DNA from: a virus
Lineage: Duplodnaviria; Caudoviricetes
Virus record (IMG/VR): IMGVR_UViG_3300032138_000004
Span: 1 to 64,000 of that record
Reading direction: 5' to 3' (one strand)
Length of the DNA stretch: 64,000 nt
The stretch's first letter is position 1; the number at the start of each line of letters is the position of its first letter. The translations under genes were made by a program, and so were the position numbers. Under the pieces are notes generated by a model. The model was not told the origin of the DNA, did no database searches, and was given only the letters and a program-made list of their open reading frames with translations. Below, piece after piece: positions 38,501 to 47,500 of the stretch.

Positions 38501-41500
38501 CTGCGCGCTTCGCGGCAGCCTGCGCCTTGAAGGCCAGCGAGGCCTTCACTGGCAGAATGACGCCGATCTGGTCTCGCTCGAGCAGTGTCTGGATGAGCGG
38601 GATGTCCTCTTCGCCGCGGTAGACAACCGCCGTCGCCAAGTCGGGGTTGGCGTCCGCTGCGCCCACCCGGCCGTCGTCGATGGAGAGCAGGCGGACGTTC
38701 CGGTCGCTCACCTCGCGCAGGTTCTCAGGCCGCTTGCTGAAGACCTGCACCCGAACGTCCTGGCTGTTCAGCTCCTCGATGACGGGGAGCCACGCCTTGG
38801 AGAGGTCGCCCTTGTCGAAGAGGCGCAAGGCCTTACCTTCGCGGAACTCGGACGTCGCCCGGTATTCAGCGGCGATCTGGTTCGCGGCCCGGATGGGATC
38901 ATCCTCGATGGCGGCCGTGACGAGCTCCGCCTTCACCACCGACCCGAAGTAGCGGTAGTTCCCGTCGGTGGCGTAGCAGTAGGTCGCGCACGCCTTCGAC
39001 GGATTGCAGTCCAGGAAGCTGCCGTTGACGTTGTTGACCGGCTTCTCCGCGCCAGAAAGGAACTTCCCGGTGCTGTTGAAGTAGGCCCACACCCCGTCCC
39101 TGCTGGCGCCCTGGATGAGTCGCTTGGCGGTGACCGAGTAGTCCAGGGCGGAGACCACGCTGGACTCTCTGCCAGCGACAGCGTCCATGATCGAGGCCCG
39201 AACCATGGCCCCCTCGATGGCCTGGTGGGCCCACGGCGTGCCCTTGTGCAGCTTGAGCTGCGCCTCGACGCGGGCCCGGTCATCGCGCTGGGCCATGACC
39301 CGGTCCCAGGCGGCCTGCTCTGGGGCGGTGAGGCTGTCGAGGTCGCGCTTGAAGCGTACATCCTTCCAGTCGGGGGGGGGCTCCACCACGTGGCCGCTCG
39401 CCGCCGCCATGGCGAAGTGGCCGTCCTCGGCGTCGCTGGCCATGATGTCGTCGGCTTGCTCGATGGTGATGGAACCCTTCGCCCGGCCTGTCTTCTCCGA
39501 CTTCTGGGCGAGCCGCTGCGCCTTGTACATGCCCTTGTGGGTCGTCTCGACCCCCTTGGCCTTGTCCCAGATCCAGTGGTGCACGACGTGCCCGAACATC
39601 TCGCTTGGGATGTCGGTGCCGATGCCGCGCCGCTTCAGCCCTCGGATGGACTGGTTCACCCGGCGCGAAAGCTCCCGCGCTACCCGCTTGCTGCTCGTGT
39701 CCTTCACGAGGCGAGCAACCTCGGCTCGCTTCCCCTTCAGTCGCCCGATGTCGCCCCGGCCCGTCAGCCAGACGTTGATCTCAACGGCGTCAGCGGTTGC
39801 CCGGCTGCCCATGCCGAGCAGGTGCCCGATGAACGCCTTCTTGGCCTCCCCGATGCCGGCGAGACGCTGTGCGGCCTTGAACAGCGCGTCGGCGTCGGTG
39901 CCCGCCCTGTTGATGGCGTCGGTGGCCTCCTGCAGGTTCTGCATGGTGACCTGACGCTCCTTCACCTTCGGCTCGTTCAGCGAGCTGCTGTTGCGGACCC
40001 GATCGTCGCCGTAGGTCAACCGGACGTCAGCGCCCTTGCCCCAGGCGTCGGCGTCGAACTCGCCCCGCTCGATGGCGTTCAGCGCCCGCTGCCCGTCGTC
40101 GGTGAACAGCCAGGCGGCCGCCGCTTCCTCCGGGCGGACCATCCGGTCGCCCTTCTTGTTGTACGTGACGAAGTCCTCGGGGATGCGGAAGCCGGCCCTG
40201 CCCTCAACGAGCGAGGCGCGCACGGCGTCGGAGCCCATCGACGCCACCGTCATGAAGTAGGCCTTGGCCACGTCCCGGTTCGTCAGCTTGCCAGCCGCCA
40301 GCCTCTGTCGCTGCTCAGCCAGGAACTCGATGACGCCATCGAGGTACTCGGGTCGATCGCCCAGCATTTCCACGATCATGCGAGTCGGAACGAACGGTGT
40401 GCGGCGCAGGCGCTCCAGAGCCACCTTCGCCTTCGACACCTTGATGGAGCCCGCAGCCCGGCCGCCCTTCTCCTGGAACAGCGGCTGCCCCTTGAACCGC
40501 GCGAGGCGCTTCATCTTCGGGCTGAGCGTCATCATGTGGACGTTCGGGCTGTCGGGGTGATCGGGCAGCTCGGCCATGCCCACGCGGGCGCCCATCTTCT
40601 TGCCGAACTTCTTGGCCCAGCCCACGAGCTTGCCGTCGTAGAAGGCCTCCATGCCCTTCGTGCCGATCTTCAGTTCGCCAGCGCTGATCTCCCCCATCTT
40701 CATCTCGGCGTCCAGTCTCCCCCACACGATGTTGTCGCGCCGCGCCTTGTCCGCCTCAACCGGGTCATCGAAGACGGTGATGTCGCCGTAGACGCCGTCG
40801 TGCGGCTCGCCGTAGTAGCCGAGCAGCACATGCTGCCCGGGCACCGCCGCGCCTTCGAGATCCCACGCTTCGATGTCGGTCTCGGTCAGTTCGTGCACCG
40901 TGATCAGCTCAGACTCGTCGTGCCGCCAGCGGGCCGCCGTTGCCTTGGCGTCCTCCTTGAGGAGGCGCGCGGGCTCGTCACCAATGGCCTCCTCGAGATC
41001 GTCCCACCCGAAGTCCTCGGGGAGGTCGACCTCCTCGCCATCCTTGATGGCCACGAGGCGTCCGTCCTCGACATCGGCAGGGTCATCAAACTCCCACCGC
41101 AGCACGTCGACGTGCCCGCCGAGGTCGAACAGCTCGGCCTCCATCACACCCGTCGGCCAGGCGATGGCGTCGTAGTCGCCGTCGGCGGCGAGGCGTACCA
41201 TCCGCTTCATCGCCAGCGCGTGCCACGAGGTCTTCAGCGGGGCGTCGGGGACCCTCCCCTTTTCGTCCCAACCGATGAGTCTGTTCTCGTACTCGCGACG
41301 AGCAAGACCCTCAGCCTCATGCATCCGCTGCATTTCCGGCGAGTCGTTGTACTCAGCCAGCGCGTCCATGATGTCGGCGTTCTGGTAGAGAGTCCGACCG
41401 CGATACTGATCGCGGGTCAGCCCGCGCGCCTCAAGCTCCTTGTCAAGGAAGGCGTTTCTGGCAGTGCTCAGCTCGGTCTGCACGTCCGAGAGGCGCTTCT

Positions 41501-44500
41501 TCAGCAGGGCCCTCGTCGGGCCCGTCTCCGCGCCCTTGTCGAGGTACCCGCGCTTCAGGCCCTGCTGATGCCAGTCCGACTGCACCTCGTGGATGAAGAG
41601 GATGCGACGGCCCAGAGCGTCGATGCGCGTGTCGAAGCGGATGTGGGCCAGGACGTTCCGTTCGTCCCAGTGGTCGTAGGTAAAGACGCCGCCCTTCTGG
41701 TCGAAGTAGGCGCGAACCGCACCCTCCGGGGTCTCGCCACTTGAGATCCGCTCCCCGTCCTCGATGACGACGAAGTGACGGGTCCCGTGGCTCACGCGCT
41801 CGCGGACCTCCACCCCCGGGGGCAGGTCCGACTCGTCGAGCGCCATCGTCAGCAGCAGCTCCTGGTAGCCGCGGCCGCCGTCGTGTGACCAGTCCTTGTA
41901 GCGGGTGGGGTCGTCTACCGACTCTCGCTCCAGCTCCTGCAGGTGGCGCATGGCCATGCCGTGCTCGTTGTTCAGCGCCTGGTACTCGCGGGACCATTCG
42001 AGTGCCTCTTGCACCTGCGCCATCCGCTCCGGGCCGAGCGTCGTGACGTGCATCCGCATGTCCTTGAGCTCGCGCACGGTCCAAGCGTCGGGCTCCCCGA
42101 AGCCGCGAGCCGGCTTGGCGTCGTGGAAGAACAGCCGGCCCTGGAGATCTCCTCGCAGCGTGCCCGCCACCTCTTGTGGCCCTTCGCGGAACTCAATCAG
42201 CGGGGCCCGCTGCATCATCTGGCCGCGCTGCTGGTTCAGCCGCTCAACCTCAGAGGCCTGGGCCTCGACCTTCGGGTCCTTCCCGCCCTTCAGGACATCC
42301 CGAACCTCGAGCGCGTGCGCCGCCACGTGGGCCTTGGCCGCCTCGCGCGTCACGCGACCCTGGCCCTTCGCCCACTCCTCGAGGCCGAGGAAGTCGATCT
42401 CCTCCGCCTTCACGTCGGGCTGCTTCCGCACCATCGCCAGGAAGCTCTCTGCCTTGATGGACTTGGCCCCCTTGGCGAAGACCCGGTCGATGGCGTTGTC
42501 GACGGCGCTGTAGAACGTGGGCGCCAGGGGACCGCTCGTCTCGAGGGAGCCGCGGGCACCGTCGGCACCCTCCTGGAACAGGGGCAGGCCCCTCTCCACG
42601 ACCGACCGACGCATGTCGGGGGTGATGGGGAGGTAGGTCGACGGCGGCTTGCGCTCATCGTTGAGTTGAGCAGCTACCCGCTCCGCTTCCGCCCGACCGG
42701 CGCGAACGCCGCCGAAGCGGGCGCCATGTTCGTCCTCGACGACCCACCTCTCGGGTGCATCGGCAGGGCCCCCTGGCTCCTGCGCGTCAACCGCTGAGTA
42801 CGGCGAGTCGTGTGGGTCCAGGGATGGCGAGTAGATGCCGCCCTTACGCTCGGGCTTCACGCCCCACGGCTTCCCGATGTCGGCCAGGTACCGGGGCACG
42901 TTCACGTCGTAGAAGCGCTTCTGGCCCTCCAGTCCGCCGCCCACCACGCGCTGGATGTCCTCGCCACGGACCACGGCCACGCCGTCGTAGCCCTGCTCGG
43001 CGGCCATGCGGACCACGCGGCGGAGAGCGAGGCGGGCCCAGCGCTTGTCCTTGAAGGGGGCGTCGGGGACGACGCCATAGGCGTCCTCCGTGTTCCGCGC
43101 CAGGAGGGGGCTGACCTCCGCAAGCTCTCGCTCCGCGCGGGCGAGATCCGCCTCGTCACCCTCGGCGCGGGCTCGGCGCATCCGCCTGCGCAAATCAAGG
43201 CTGCGCGCCTCCAGCTTGTCGATCTCCGACCTTGGAAGCTGGTACCCCTTCTTGCGGCCCGCCTGGTGCCAGTCGCTTTGAATCTCCTCGATGAACAGGA
43301 GCCGCTCGCCGTCGGGGCTGATGCGCTCCGTCAGGCGGATGTGGGCGACGACATTGGCCTCGTCCCAGTGGGGGGAGGTGTACGTGTTCTGGGATCGAAA
43401 TCCGCGCTCGCCCCTGGCGCCGCCAGCTTTCTCAGCCGCGACACGGTGAGCATACGCAACTGCCCCCGCCCGTGTCTCGCCGCCAGCAAAGAACGCCCCA
43501 CCACCGTCCAGCACAGCCCAGTCGCCCGGCCCCCTTTCCACAACGCGATGCCCTGGTGGCAGTTTTGCCAAGGGCACAGGCAGCGTCAGCAGGATCTCCC
43601 GGTACCGCTCTCCGCCAGGCTGCTGGTACTCGGCCCAACGGGCGGCGTCGGCTTCATCGGGGCCCTCGTAGACCAGCGAGTCGACGACATCGTCGTAGGC
43701 CTCCGAGATGCGCTCCACGTGCATCGGATCGCCATCGGCGATGTCGTTGATTATGTGGCCAACCCTCGGGTTGTCCCCCTCCATTGTGCCGAATGGATGG
43801 TCCCCAGGACGAAGCGCGCTCTGCAGTTCGTGGAACAGGCCGGGCCCGCCGCCTGCATCCTCTACCGCCGTTCGCAGCTGGGCCATCGCTGCCTGCGTCT
43901 CGGGCCGCGCGAACATGTCGGGCCCGGCAACCTTCGTGACGTCCTTCACCTCGAGGCGCTGCGACCGCATCCACTCGCGGTACTCGTCGACCGACAGCTT
44001 CTGCCGCCCCTTCGACTCGAGCTCGGCAAGGTCGACCCACTCCAGTTCGTCGGCCAGGGCCGGGTCCTTCTTCGCCAGCGCCCTCATCTTCGTGGCGATG
44101 GCTTTCGCCCGCAGCTTGCCCGACGCCGGGAACTCCTCGAGCGTGCCCTCCTCGAGCCGCGAGTACCACATCGGCCCCGGGGTGAGGCCGGGCTCGGTGG
44201 CCACGGCGCCAGCGGCACGGCCCGCATCGTCCTGGAAGAGCGGCAAGCCGCGCTCGACCACCGCACGACGCATGTCGGGGGTGATGTCCAGGATGGTTGC
44301 GCTCAGCGCACCGGGCACATCGTGCGTCTCAAGGTCACCGAACTCGCCAGCCGTGAAGCGCTCGGGGTCGCCCTGCCGAGCCACGAACGCACGGGCCTCA
44401 TCCGCTGTGCCGAACATCTCGACCGGCGCACTGCCGCCGTCACGCTCCCACACGCCCCACCCGAGGGCCTCACCCATCCGGTCGACAGAACCTGCAGTCC

Positions 44501-47500
44501 CGCCGATCGTGGTGTCGCCCGGCCGCACCCCCCACGGCTTCCCGATGTCGGCCAGGTACCGGGGCACGTTCACGTCGTAGAAGCGCTTCTGGCCCTCCAG
44601 GCCGCCGCCCACCACGCGCTGGATGTCCTCGCCACGGACCACGGCCACGCCGTCGTAGCCTTCCTCGGCGGCCATGCGGACCACGCGGCGGAGGGCGAGG
44701 CGGGCCCAGCGCTTCTCCTTGAAGGGGGCGTCGGGGACTCGCGCATTCAGCGCGGACCGCAGCCTCTCCGCTTCCCCGGCGGCGGCGAGAATCTCGTCAG
44801 TGAGCGCCATCTTCCGAGCATCGGGTGCGTTCGTGGCCTCGGCATCCTTCAGGTCTGCGCGAAGCGCTTCCATGCTGGCGTGAAGGCCGGCCACCTCCTG
44901 CTCCCGCATGCGCGCATCGGGCGTGTCCTCCACGTAACCATGCTTCCGAGCGGCTTGGTGCCAGTCTGACTGGGCTTCTTCTACGAACAGCACGCGCTTG
45001 CCGTCCGCAGTCGTGCGGTCGCTCAGGCGGATGTGGGCGAGGACGTTGGGCTCGGACCAGTGGGCAGAATCGTAGACGCGGCCACGCCGACGCTCGGGTG
45101 CCTCAAGTTCGTACTGGTGTGCCCGTGAGATCGCGGCCTCAGCGGTTGGGGAGTTGAACCGCGCGACCCTCGTGCCAGAGGCGTCCATCACATCCCAGGT
45201 TCCTGGGCGGCCATCCACCTCGGTCGCGACCCATCCGCTGGAGCTGACGCTGTCGGGCAGCGTCAGCAGCACCTCGCGGTAGTTCTCGGCGCCGGGCTGG
45301 GTGTACTCGGACCAGCGGGTGGGGTCCTCCGATCCGCGGTCACTGTAGGCCGCGATGTAGTCAATGGCGGCGTTCTCCAACGGCTCCCTATTCGGGCCCT
45401 CAACGCCCAGATCGTCCAGCCGCTCGGCCAGTAGGCCGCCGTCAGGTTCTTCCCGCAGAAACGCCACCAGCGCGTGCAGGTCTCCCAAAGACAGGTCCGC
45501 ACGGCCAACGGCCCACTCCAGCGCGTTGCGCTCCGCCCGCATGGCGCCGTCTTCCAGGGCCACTCCTTCGACGCTACGCTTCTGGACCTCCCGCACCTCG
45601 ACACGCTGCCCACGCATGAACGCCCGAAACTCGTCGACCGTCATCTTCTTGCGGCCCAACTCCTCGATCTCGCTCAGGTCCATCCACTTCAGCTCTTCGG
45701 CCAGCGCGGGGTCCTTCTTGGCGAGGGCCTTCAGCTTCGTCACCACGCCCTTCGCCCGCATCGAGCCCGACGCAGGGAAGGCCTCGACGGCGCCCTCCTC
45801 GAGGCGGGAGAACCAGGCGGGGCCGGGGGTGGCCGGGGCGGCCGCGGGGGGCTCGACCTCGACGATGTCCTTCGCCCGCACCATCATCCGCGCGTTGCCG
45901 GCCTGCACCTTCAGTCGGTACCCAGCCTCATGTCGGGTCGAGCCAGGCTCGTACACCTCGACGACCTCGCCCTCGAACTCACGCATCGGGCGCCCACCAT
46001 CAGCGGAGGGCTCGACACGAACCCGGCTGCCAACGACAGCGGGGTGCCAGACGTGTGCACCTCCCATCTGGGTGCGCCACTCGTCCCACAGAGTCACCAG
46101 CTCGGGGCTGACGCCGCGCAGCGCTGTCCGCACCTCGTCGGGCTTCGGGTTGTTCAGCGCGGCGATGATCTCACCCTCGTGCATCCCGGCCCGCAGGGCG
46201 GCCTGCTCGAAGCGGGCCCGAGCCCGGGCAACCTTCGGCGGCTCGGGGACAAACTTGGCGACGTCGTCACCCTCGGCCAGCACGCCCGTCTTCGGCACCT
46301 CTGGCCCAGGGGCGTCCACCGACTTCAGCCGGAACTGCTCGAAGTACGTCTCGACCCGCGGCACCTTGCCGTCGATCACCGCCCGCATGGACTCCATCTC
46401 CGACACCGCCATGGCCCAGTCGGCACCGCCCTTCGGCAGTTGGCCTCGGGCCTCCGCCTGCTCGGCCGCCGCGCGCATCGCCTGGTAGTCGGGGGTCGCC
46501 CGCAGCGCCTGCTGCCGCGGGGTGTTGCTCTTCATCACCTTGCGAATGTTGTCGAGGTGGGCCAACCCGTTGAGTTCGGCCGTTTCGTCGTACTCGCCGA
46601 GCATGGCGTTCAGTTCTTCAGGGCTCTTCCCCGTCACCACCCGCAGCACCTCGCGCACCGCGTCGTGCTGGTCGCGGGCCACCTGCTCCTTGAAGCTGGC
46701 GCCGCGCACCGCGTTCCGGCGCACACCCGTCTCGACGACGCCGCCGTAGACGTCCCATGGGGTGCCCGTCCGCGCCTCGAAGCGGCCGGCGAACAACTCG
46801 GGGGCGGCGCCAGCGCCGAAGGCAAGGCCCACGTCGCCCTTCGTGGCCGCCGCTGCCCGGCTCATCTGCCGGGCGTAGCTGATGCCCGTCCCGCCGCGAG
46901 ACCAGGCCGCACCCACCGGCGCAGAGGGAATCTTCTCCCAGTCGATGAGGAAGTCAAAAGCCAGCCCGAGCTGGAGCGCTGTCTGGAAGGCCAGCGTGTC
47001 CTCGCCGTAGCCAAGGCTGTAGGCCATGTCGGGCAGGCTCAGCGCGAGGCCCTGCTGGTCCTCCTTGAGGTGCGTCGTCAGCCGGCCACCCCACGTGCTG
47101 TCGTCGGAGAACAGCCGGGTGTAGTCCTCAGTTCCGAGAATGCGGCTGATGGCCGGTGAACCGAGCATCTTGTCGACGCCGTAGAGCGAGGGGAACCGAA
47201 GCTCATCCTGGATCGCCCCGGCTGTGTCCTCGACACCGAGTACACGCTGGGCCAACGACCATGCCATCAGCGGCACGACGGGGGGGGCGTCGATGTCAGC
47301 CTGCAGAACCGCCGTCTGCGTAACGCCAGCCGGCACTCGCATCAGCCAGCCGAAGGTCGTCTCTGCCTTTAAGAATCCATCCTCCCCGATAGGAGTGGTA
47401 TCGCTCGATAGGCCCTCAAGAACCCCGCTCATCACGTCGACTGTGGCACCACCAGTGGCGGCCCTGGCCCGCTTCCGCTCGGCCACGCCCTTGCGCAGGC

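Larger units (their letters stand above)
40473..45815 (-). repeat. three tandem copies of a ~530-680 aa ExQSDWHQ domain
   Basis: Each copy has (F/Y)S..., Y.E.LLT, HW...NV.AHIR, E.QSDWHQ, PDAP.K, YD, FYD and ends in PLFQ; ~44232-45815, 42573-44170, 40473-42515. Confidence 0.9.

Noticed and set aside
42862-44738. Possible DGR template/variable repeat pair
   Set aside because: Mismatches are not adenine-specific, both copies are in-frame coding, and no reverse transcriptase is visible
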